Assembly: GCA_964019425.1 (NCBI GenBank)
Contig: OZ025785.1
Span: 434,001 to 498,000, forward strand
DNA: 64,000 nt
Reading direction: 5' to 3'
Source: Flectonema sp. DT1601
Taxonomy: Eukaryota
Numbering within the stretch: position 1 is the stretch's first letter; each line of letters opens with the position of its first letter. Made by a program: the position numbers and the translations under genes. Of this stretch, positions 56,701-64,000 are shown piece by piece. A model generated the notes under the pieces. That model was not told the DNA's origin, did not search any database, and saw only the letters and a program-made list of their open reading frames with translations.

Positions 56701-57470
56701 CTGAGAGAGGTTGCACCGGTGATGAGACTTGTGGGGGACCTTCACCACCAACTACTCCAACCAACCCATGCGGTAGTAAATGTGGAGCTGAAGAGATATG
56801 TTACATGAGGGATGTTATCTGTAATACTTTTAGTTGTCATCCAGTCCCAACATGTATTACTAACCACTGTATGTTTAGCAAGTGTGAATATGGTAACGAT
56901 TGCGTCATCACAGACCACGGAGATTCATCGACCTGCAAGCCTTGGTCTGAGATTGGATGTTTTGACAAGCCGTGCAAGGCAGGATACACTTGTGTTGATG
57001 TTAAGAGAGTCTGCAAGACTGCCCCTTGTTATCAATATGAGTGTAGTTGGGAAGCACCAGCTCCAGTTCACTGTACGGCCGATGCTAAGAAGTGTCCTGA
57101 TGGCTCCTCCGTTGGAAGAGATTCCAACAACAACTGTGAGTTCCACCCTTGCCCTGATCCATGTGGAGGAAGTTGTTTGTTTAACCAAGATTGCTTAATT
57201 CAGAAGATTAAGTGTCCTGAGGGAATGGTTTGTACACCACGCGCTGTTTGCTTTGACAAGCCTTGCAACAGGAGGTGTCCAAAGGGTGACGTTTGTGAAC
57301 ACATGGTTGCTCCGTGTCTGATTCCACCATGCCCAGTAGTTGAGACGTGTAAAACTGTTGTTCAGCCAAAGTGTGACAAGAAGTGCCCAAAGGGTGAGGT
57401 TTGTGAGATCGTTGTTGCTCCATGTCTGATTCCACCATGTCCGGAGTTCCCAACATGCAAGCCTAAATAA
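53778..57470 (+). CDS. Large secreted Cys-rich repeat protein, copy B (1230 aa)
   Basis: Near-identical tandem paralog lacking exactly one 342-aa unit. Confidence 0.9.
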   Translation: MLRIAVASSAVAVALGCFPTCDDDCNRLSPPQLGEVTRLRKLKEKCTSGEEVVFNVDYNPCTHNLDYKVRTPDNCEQRQGNVFTCKNNKRCKVIPFLTELKFCDCSSSPGPSPPTTPTNPCGSKCGAEEICYMRDVICNTFSCHPVPTCITNHCMFSKCGYGNDCVITDHGDSSTCKPWSEIGCFDKPCKAGYTCVDVKRVCKTAPCYQYECSWEAPAPVHCTAEAKKCPDGSSVGRDSNNNCEFHPCPDPCGGSCLFNQDCLIQKIKCPEGMVCTPRAVCFDKPCNRRCPKGDVCEHMVAPCLIPPCPVVETCKTVVQPKCDKKCPKGEVCEIVVAPCLTPPCPEFPTCKPVVQVCTDDAKQCQDGSFVGRDSNNNCEFHPCPDPCDGACKFNQDCLLKNVITCPEGMVCPPTVVCVDKPCNKKCPKGDVCELIVAPCLIPPCPVVETCKPLSPPTTPTNPCGSKCGAEEICYMRDIICNTFSCHPVPTCITNHCMFSKCGYGNDCVITDHGDSSTCKPWSEIGCSDKPCKAGYTCVDVKRVCKTAPCYQYECSWEAPAPVHCTAEAKKCPDGSSVGRDSNNNCEFHPCPDPCGGSCLFNQDCLIQKIKCPEGMVCTPRAVCFDKPCNKKCPKGDVCEHMVAPCLIPPCPVVETCKTVVQPKCDKKCPKGEVCEIVVAPCLIPPCPEFPTCKPVVQVCTDDAKQCQDGSFVGRDSNNNCEFHPCPDPCDGACKFNQDCLLKNVITCPEGMVCPPIVVCVDKPCNRRCPKGDVCELMVAPCLIPPCPVVETCKIVVQPKCDKECPKGEECELIDTPCPFPPCSKAEICSPIGCGDDLKDCSDGSSVERDPKNGCQFFPCPVDGECEDEDDCEGWNFCIEGKCVDAFEGTCNSVKDCNGYGCYYNDNKEPTCRTTCMGEPTWLCDKNHLCLGDECVDMKQCKTNCGNLVPHLFKGNDDGDNSCNECTCFNGDYSCTERGCTGDETCGGPSPPTTPTNPCGSKCGAEEICYMRDVICNTFSCHPVPTCITNHCMFSKCEYGNDCVITDHGDSSTCKPWSEIGCFDKPCKAGYTCVDVKRVCKTAPCYQYECSWEAPAPVHCTADAKKCPDGSSVGRDSNNNCEFHPCPDPCGGSCLFNQDCLIQKIKCPEGMVCTPRAVCFDKPCNRRCPKGDVCEHMVAPCLIPPCPVVETCKTVVQPKCDKKCPKGEVCEIVVAPCLIPPCPEFPTCKPK

Positions 57471-58442
57471 ATTATATCAACCAATATTTTTACTTTTTTC
57501 TATTTATAATTTCATTTGAATAACAGTTTGTAACTGATATTAACTACACCTTTCTGTTGTAAAGGTTTGGTGACTTGAAGTTTTATAAAACTGATTCCCA
57601 ATTCACAAGTCAGTGTCTCCATGGAGAAACGCGGCATCGATCCGTGCTGATATTCTTCTTTGAATACACAATAGACTCTCACTGTTTCATTAGTGATAAA
57701 TTAACTAAACTGAATGAATACAATCAGTATCTCTTAATGAGAAAGGCGGCTTTATTGTCGTGCTGATCAAGTTCTTTAAACGAAACAGTTTTTAATCCTT
57801 TCTCTCCAGAACCACGTTAGCATCTCGCTTGAGAAATGCGGCTTAAATGCCGAGCTAATGGTTTCATCCGATTATTTGATAATTTCTTTAGTTGTGTACT
57901 TCTGGAGGGGAAGTATCTTGTTCTTGTTTTCTTTTATTCAAAATTATTCTTTCGGATCAAACAAAACTTTAATGTTTGTTTTGTCTTGGATTCCTTTCCT
58001 CTCTTGTTGATGGTAACTGTGAGTGTTGTCTAACTTTTGATTTATTATTATTTTTCTACAGGAAGAGGAAATAAATTGAGAGTCAACCGAAGCTACATAA
58101 CAATCCTAGTAAGAGGAGTCTAATTACGTTGATATTGTCCTCGTAGCTCTGGAGAGTTAACCCGATGCTCTTTAGTTTGCTGTCTATCAGAGATGCACAT
58201 TACACAATGTATTGGACTTCGTTATCTATCTAGTCACATTATCATTGTGTGGTTTTAATTACAATTCCGTAATATTATTATAACTGAACCCTCCTCTCAG
58301 TACAGTCTGCAAGGAATACTTAAAAAGGCTACAGTTCACTGTGTCCTCATATTGTCGTTGCTTTAATTATTCCAAAATATCTTTATTTAGTAAGACGAAA
58401 TATGTATGTAAACTACCTCTCCCCTCAGCTATCAATAATTAT

Positions 58443-59240
58443 ATGGCATGGAAGCAGACTAGACTACTACATGTCGGACGAGGTTGGGAGAAGACAATTG
58501 TCACTAAGAGTGGATCATCGCTACTAAATGACTCATCAGAGATGGCAAAATCACATCCATCTTTGATAGTTACCAAGACGACGGATGCTTTGGGACCGTT
58601 GGAAATGAAAAGACGAGTTGAACGTTTTTATGATTGGGCTAAGGAAGAATGGTATTATAGATGGACGAGTCGTTATTTGTTGTTGGTCATCGTGTATACT
58701 TTGTACGTAATTAGAAATCGTCATTTACAACTAAAATCATTAAATAATAAAAATAATTATGAAATAGCAAGTGAAAATCATTTTACGTTAACTGAGAAAG
58801 AATCAAAGGACAATAGGTCTAAGGTGACTGAATTGTTGACTTTATTTTCGACAACGATACCGAAACCTACATCAGATCAAATTTCAGATCTTAAAAAAAA
58901 AATTGAATTGATAATGAACCCGAGACAGATCTCAGCGAGTCAAGCTTGGGAAGATATTTGTGATAAAAAAAGACAACGAGATCTCAAAGAATTGGAAGCT
59001 TATCGACGATCGAATCAACTGGAAGCTATCCAACGAGGAACTTCACAAATAGTATCTCAGAAATCAGACGGCTCTGTAAATATCAACATTCTAAATACCT
59101 CAACGCCATCTTACGGTCTAATTCAGCCAGAAATTCCTGCGGAACTTGCAAAGAGGATCGAAGATGAAAAGATGAAAGCAAAAGAATCACAAGAAAACAT
59201 TAATTGGATAACTGAGTTGGCTAATTCTGGTAAGAAATAA
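58443..59240 (+). CDS. Hypothetical protein with one predicted TM helix
   Basis: ATG after a CTCAG acceptor, hydrophobic YLLLVIVYTLYVI segment, basic N-terminus. Confidence 0.7.
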   Translation: MAWKQTRLLHVGRGWEKTIVTKSGSSLLNDSSEMAKSHPSLIVTKTTDALGPLEMKRRVERFYDWAKEEWYYRWTSRYLLLVIVYTLYVIRNRHLQLKSLNNKNNYEIASENHFTLTEKESKDNRSKVTELLTLFSTTIPKPTSDQISDLKKKIELIMNPRQISASQAWEDICDKKRQRDLKELEAYRRSNQLEAIQRGTSQIVSQKSDGSVNINILNTSTPSYGLIQPEIPAELAKRIEDEKMKAKESQENINWITELANSGKK

Positions 59241-59887
59241 TCAACACAGTAACGTGATCTCCTCCACGAAACATGTCATGTTTTAAATGTCTAACCGAGA
59301 GGGAAAAAAACAAAAAAAAAGAAAGAAAAAAAAAAACAAAAAAAAAACAACAACACCATCATACAGGCTGTTTGTAACTGCAGAGCTTTCTAAGAAGATT
59401 GAAGAAGAAGAGAAAATGCAAGAAAAGCAACTGATGACTAGTCAGGTATTCTCTAAGACAAGGTTTTCGATACTAAGTTAACAACGAGAAGAATAAAATG
59501 ATGGAAAAAAAAAGCACTTCTAATGATGTGCGCTCCCAGTTGGAATCGTTAATTCATTTTTTATATCGTTTGGTGTGTGTGTGAGTTGTGCAAGGATGTC
59601 ACTCCGTCAAAAATACAACAAAACAATTGAAATATCTGATTTTTTTTTTGTTTTGTTTTAATCAAAAGTGGGAGGGTTTGCTTATTTCTGTTTTGGAAAA
59701 AAAAAAAAAAAAAAAAAAAAAAAATAGTTTCTTGTTGTATAAGGTTACTTTAATTACAATCAGGCTTCCACTAGTGCAGAATGAAAAACGAATCAGGGCA
59801 TTAAGAACAGCACTATGGCTGTATTTCTTCTCTTTTCTCTTATCAATCTCTTTTTCAAACACAAAAAGTAAATTAATATTTAAAAAG

Positions 59888-61255
59888 ATGTGGATAGAAG
59901 ACGACAATTCACCGACGGATACCACTCCCGAGTCTACTTCAATTGATCCCTCAGAGCTGACTTGTCAACTGTGTTTGAATTTATTTGATATTCCCTTATT
60001 ACTACCGTGTGGTCATACCATCTGTAGGAGTTGTGTCGCAACACTGACGGAAGAAGAAACAATTATATGCCCTACCTGCAACAGGTTGACAGTTTTAGAA
60101 GGAAATGTTTCTCTGAAAATCAACTATGAAATTAGTAACCAGTTGGATAAAATAAAACAAAATGTAACTAACACACCTCCAGCAACTGTACAGGAATGTG
60201 ATAAATGTGAAATTGAAAAAGGGACTTTGAAATGTTCAACATGTGATATTATATTGTGTGAAAATTGTAATAAAGAGCACCACCGAGGTAAGCTACGAAA
60301 CCACGTTATATCAAACGACGTTGACCGTTTCAAACAAAATCGTTATTGTTCCATAATCGGACATGAAGATTATCGACTTAACTTAGTTGGAGGAAATGGT
60401 GATTTGATTTGTTTTTTATGTTGTCAACAAAGTGATCTTCAATCGCAATGCATCTCTCTCCAAGAAGCAACAGTGAGTACAAAGAATAGCCTTTCAACGT
60501 GGTTGTGTCAGTCACAGCAGACTAAGGTTGACTTACAACAGAAGGTATCACAAATTGATGTTGTGATAAATGAAATAAGAGAATCAGCTCAAAGTGAAGT
60601 TCAAAGAATAAGACATTTCATCACAACACTTCGAACAGCATTGGATGAGAAGGAACTTGCACTCGTTGATTCAATTTCTAAACATAAAAACAGTCAATTG
60701 AAAAATTTAAATGTTCTACGTGAGGTTGTTACTTCAAACATTTCTCTTTTAAACATCGAATCCACTCGAGTGTCTACTTCTATAAAAACATCTGACCAAC
60801 TACCTGACTCAGACTGTTTTGGAGCAATGCGATGTCAGCTTATGCAGCTTGAATCAATTTCAATGAGTAAGTTAGGATCTGATATGGGATTGAGTGCACC
60901 TCTTCCATCACTAGTAAAACCTCGAGTGGTTTTTAATGATATCGACGTTGAGAATTCAGCGTCTCTGACGTATGATGTAATTTTGTCTGAAAAGATTCCT
61001 CGAAAATCACTGACTCCTTCATCGTCGATTGCGACTGCTCGACCGAATGACCATCAAATATCATATCGTAGTAGTCGTTCTCGTAGTCCTGTGAAGAGAA
61101 CGATCACTCCTCGTAAAATTGGTATTTCAAAAAAATCAAATCGACCGTCTATCAGAACGAGTACACCCCCGGGTGATATTATGGCAGTTCAGACTAAACG
61201 TCATTATCCAATATCGAGGTCGTTATCAACTCATAATAGAGATCACAAGGGTTGA
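59888..61255 (+). CDS. TRIM-like RING / B-box / coiled-coil protein
   Basis: CQLC..PLLLPCGHTICRSC..CPTC RING, CDKC..CSTC..LCENC..HH..H B-box, coiled coil, Ser/Arg-rich tail. Confidence 0.88.
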   Translation: MWIEDDNSPTDTTPESTSIDPSELTCQLCLNLFDIPLLLPCGHTICRSCVATLTEEETIICPTCNRLTVLEGNVSLKINYEISNQLDKIKQNVTNTPPATVQECDKCEIEKGTLKCSTCDIILCENCNKEHHRGKLRNHVISNDVDRFKQNRYCSIIGHEDYRLNLVGGNGDLICFLCCQQSDLQSQCISLQEATVSTKNSLSTWLCQSQQTKVDLQQKVSQIDVVINEIRESAQSEVQRIRHFITTLRTALDEKELALVDSISKHKNSQLKNLNVLREVVTSNISLLNIESTRVSTSIKTSDQLPDSDCFGAMRCQLMQLESISMSKLGSDMGLSAPLPSLVKPRVVFNDIDVENSASLTYDVILSEKIPRKSLTPSSSIATARPNDHQISYRSSRSRSPVKRTITPRKIGISKKSNRPSIRTSTPPGDIMAVQTKRHYPISRSLSTHNRDHKG

Positions 61256-61327
61256 GATTATCTAATTAAAAAAATAGAAAAGAGAAACAACAACAAAACC
61301 TTCCAATACGACTTTCATTTCAGTTAC

Positions 61328-61617
61328 CGTGAGGTAGTTACTTCAAACATATCTCTTTTAAACATCGAATCCACTCGAGTGTCTACTTCTATAAAAACAT
61401 CTGACCAACTACCTGACTCAGACTGTTTTGGAGCAATGCGATGTCAGCTTATGCAGCTTGAATCAATTTCAATGAGTAAGTTAGGATCTGATATGGGATT
61501 GAGTGCACCTCGAAAAGTATAATAGAGATCACAAGGGTTGAGATTATCTGATTAAAAAAATAGAAAAGAGAAAAAACAACCACAAAACCTTCCAATACGA
61601 CTCTCATTTCAGTTACG
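61328..61617 (+). repeat. Internally deleted tandem duplicate of the TRIM gene 3' end
   Basis: Copies ~60719-60902, then ~61234-61327. Confidence 0.9.
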
Positions 61618-61988
61618 TTAATCGTAAAAAAAAAAAAAAAATAACAACAACAGCGAGCGCTATAGACTTAATTTATTAACGTCGGTTATTAGTTTTTTAA
61701 TGAATGATTCCTTCATTAATTATGTCAGGAAAAATAAAATAAAATTCGGGCACTCTTTTTGTGAACGGGTTTATCTGGTGGGTCTCAAGACGCGTGTAGT
61801 GTGTTATAAAGTCAAGCATTCAACGATACGTATTTGACCACCTAAAAAAATTAAATTTCCGATAAAAAAAAAAAATATAAACTCGATATATTTTTGTCTT
61901 GTATGTTACTGTTGTATATTTACTTATAATTATTCTTCTTAAATAGGATTCTTAATTATTGATATTGGGATCTTATGTTCTCATCCAA

Positions 61989-63977
61989 ATGGAAGGGAGT
62001 GATGCAGACATGCGAGGAACTATATCAAAGTTCATAAAATCAGATGATGAATTACTTAACTGTGATGACAGTCCTGAATTAGTTGTCTCGACTGTCGAAT
62101 CAAATTCTGTCGTGAGGTCCAGATGTCCGCTAGCACCTAAAAAACCACATCCACCATCACCACCACCGAAATCATTGTCACGGTCACCTCTTGCAAAGAT
62201 TGCGAGTAATCAGGTTAACTTTAATTCTGATTCTATTCCTGAAAAAGATTTAATTTTTGGAGGAGGAAGTCCGTCGATGTCACTACTAGCTCAGAAGGTT
62301 AGAGAACAAATCGTGTCGAAGATAATTGTAGTGTTAGGTCCTTATGCTGCAGTTGGACCTCAGCATATGCAGAGATACGCACCGAGTAGCGAGACGGGTG
62401 TTGGTGGTGTTCAAAATACTCAACCTCTATTGTCACTTGAGTTGGTAAATACGACGTTGCCAGGTTTGAAAGATCGATTGTTAAATTTAGGATTCTCGTC
62501 TTTAGAAGAAGCTAATAATGAAAAATTATATAAATCAGATCCTACTTTGCTTTGTGATGTTTGGAGAGATTTGTGGCCGACATCATCGAAGCCACTTCTT
62601 CCACACATTCTTTGTAAAATTTTATCAGAGAAAGGACTGCTACTTAGGGTATATTCCTACAACATGGAAAGTCTTGAACGTGCCATTGGTATCCCCAGAT
62701 CCAAAGTAATAGAGCTTAACGGAACTTTTGGAGCTGCCCACTGCATTGAATGTGATAGAGAACACATGTCGACGTATTTAAAAGAAAAATTACATAAAAA
62801 TCAAAGACCAAAATGTACATTCAAATCATGTAAAGGATTAGTAAGGCCTAGTATATATATGAAAGGACAGAAGAAAGAACCTCCTCATTCAAGGATTATT
62901 GAAACAGACATGAACCAGTGTGATCTAGTGATTAGCATCGGAACTATTGGATCAAATGTATCAGATTTAGTTGATGTGTTAGCACCAAGACTAATCGTTA
63001 ATACGTTGAAGGCTTCATTCACAAATCAAGTCATCGACAGTGATAATGCCCATCGAGATGTGGTAAGACACTGCATCTCAGATGGGTTGATAGAATTTAT
63101 CAAAGAGTGTAACTATGAAACACATGTGAGAGAACTACTACCAACATCATTGTGTAGATCTTTACAAGTTAAGATGGATGAGTTTGATTGTGAAAGTATT
63201 GTACGTAGCCACCCTGTTCTTACTGATAACGGTGGTATCTTAAAAAGGACAATTGTCTCAACCACATCATTACTAAACTTTCCTCATCATAACCGAAAAA
63301 ATCGACAGGTACGGAGACGTGCTCCAGCACCTCCAATTCGTTCGTTTAATCAAGTTATAGATTTTAATAAAACAATCTGTCGATCTGCTACTCGATCTGC
63401 TTCAGCCGGACCGAATATTCCCATGACGGGGAATCGAACTCCACAGGTAAAACCTCTTAGCGCTCCGTCAACTCAATTTGTAAAGGATAAAACAGTTCAA
63501 TTTGACCCATGTATAAAGTATATATCTGAAGATCAAGAAATCTCAACAGGAAGTGGAATCCTAAACTCCGGAGGAGACTTTTTAAGAACACCAAATGTGT
63601 CTCCTCTTGCAGGATCGTTGGTGTCAAGTCCAAGTATGTACAGCAGCAATGTGAGTAACGGTTCAATGTCTCCGTTTGCGTTATTACCGCTTGTTTCAGT
63701 TGATGTGTTGTCACCGTTATTGTCACCAACACCACCACCACTTGATGTTGGTAGGCTCCCGTTACAGATATCGAGTGTGACTGAGAGTTCTTTGGATGAA
63801 ACGGTCCCCGTTGGACATCTACCTCCGCCTATTAAGTGTCGTTCTAGGCCTGTGAATCCTCTTTCGGATGTTGAAGGGGTCAGATTACTGTCGGAAACAA
63901 TAAGTTTATCTCCTCCTAAGAGAAATGTCGTGAGAGGAACTCCTAAAGTAATGCCGCTTGTTAAGCCATTTCGGTGA
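61989..63977 (+). CDS. Sirtuin (Sir2)-like protein with degenerate catalytic motifs
   Basis: KP...H.....L.EKGLLLRVYSYNMESLER, VIELNGTF..AHCIEC..C....C.GLVRPSI, CDLVISIGT. Confidence 0.8.
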   Translation: MEGSDADMRGTISKFIKSDDELLNCDDSPELVVSTVESNSVVRSRCPLAPKKPHPPSPPPKSLSRSPLAKIASNQVNFNSDSIPEKDLIFGGGSPSMSLLAQKVREQIVSKIIVVLGPYAAVGPQHMQRYAPSSETGVGGVQNTQPLLSLELVNTTLPGLKDRLLNLGFSSLEEANNEKLYKSDPTLLCDVWRDLWPTSSKPLLPHILCKILSEKGLLLRVYSYNMESLERAIGIPRSKVIELNGTFGAAHCIECDREHMSTYLKEKLHKNQRPKCTFKSCKGLVRPSIYMKGQKKEPPHSRIIETDMNQCDLVISIGTIGSNVSDLVDVLAPRLIVNTLKASFTNQVIDSDNAHRDVVRHCISDGLIEFIKECNYETHVRELLPTSLCRSLQVKMDEFDCESIVRSHPVLTDNGGILKRTIVSTTSLLNFPHHNRKNRQVRRRAPAPPIRSFNQVIDFNKTICRSATRSASAGPNIPMTGNRTPQVKPLSAPSTQFVKDKTVQFDPCIKYISEDQEISTGSGILNSGGDFLRTPNVSPLAGSLVSSPSMYSSNVSNGSMSPFALLPLVSVDVLSPLLSPTPPPLDVGRLPLQISSVTESSLDETVPVGHLPPPIKCRSRPVNPLSDVEGVRLLSETISLSPPKRNVVRGTPKVMPLVKPFR

Positions 63978-64000
63978 AAAAGTCGTATCGATACTAATTT

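Larger units (their letters stand above)
47779..58415 (+). repeat. Tandem duplication of the Cys-rich gene with flanks
   Basis: Upstream ~105 bp and downstream ~900 bp (52604-53520 vs 57471-58415) are nearly identical. Confidence 0.9.

Noticed and set aside
48360..57456. Many alternative-frame and antisense ORFs in the Cys-rich genes (likewise in the LRR genes)
   Set aside because: They are shadows of repetitive coding sequence.

Overview
Eukaryotic (probably euglenozoan, diplonemid-like; inferred) AT-rich genomic window in two parts. (1) 1-18 kb is a transposon cluster. It holds two divergent VIPER/TATE-like tyrosine-recombinase (YR) retrotransposons: one apparently intact at 9335-12888, one running off the left edge. 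It also holds an Ingi/I-like APE-RT-RNase H LINE with a 2A StopGo peptide, a truncated Penelope-like element with an N-terminal GIY-YIG domain, MULE and possible pPolB remnants, and hairpin-rich tandem repeats. (2) 18-64 kb is a run of host genes all on the + strand: Ubl-ankyrin, BRAP2-like, a 3-exon hypothetical gene, Msp1/ATAD1-like AAA, three LRR paralogs, S9 pseudopeptidase, MAP3K-like kinase, two large Cys-rich secreted proteins, a TRIM-like protein and a pseudo-sirtuin. This part also has MITEs and two ~2-kb TIR elements inserted in one poly-G tract. The main finding is predicted translational recoding. Both YR elements end gag with an in-frame G_GGA_AAC slippery heptamer, a GC-rich stem-loop and an AAG-UGA-A stop, with the 0 and -1 frames both open downstream. 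In the intact copy the -1 frame leads to RT-RNase H and the 0 frame (through UGA) leads to the recombinase. The LINE joins ORF1 to an AUG-less ORF2 through an in-frame UGA-CGG followed by a 2A peptide. All calls come from reading the sequence; no searches were run.
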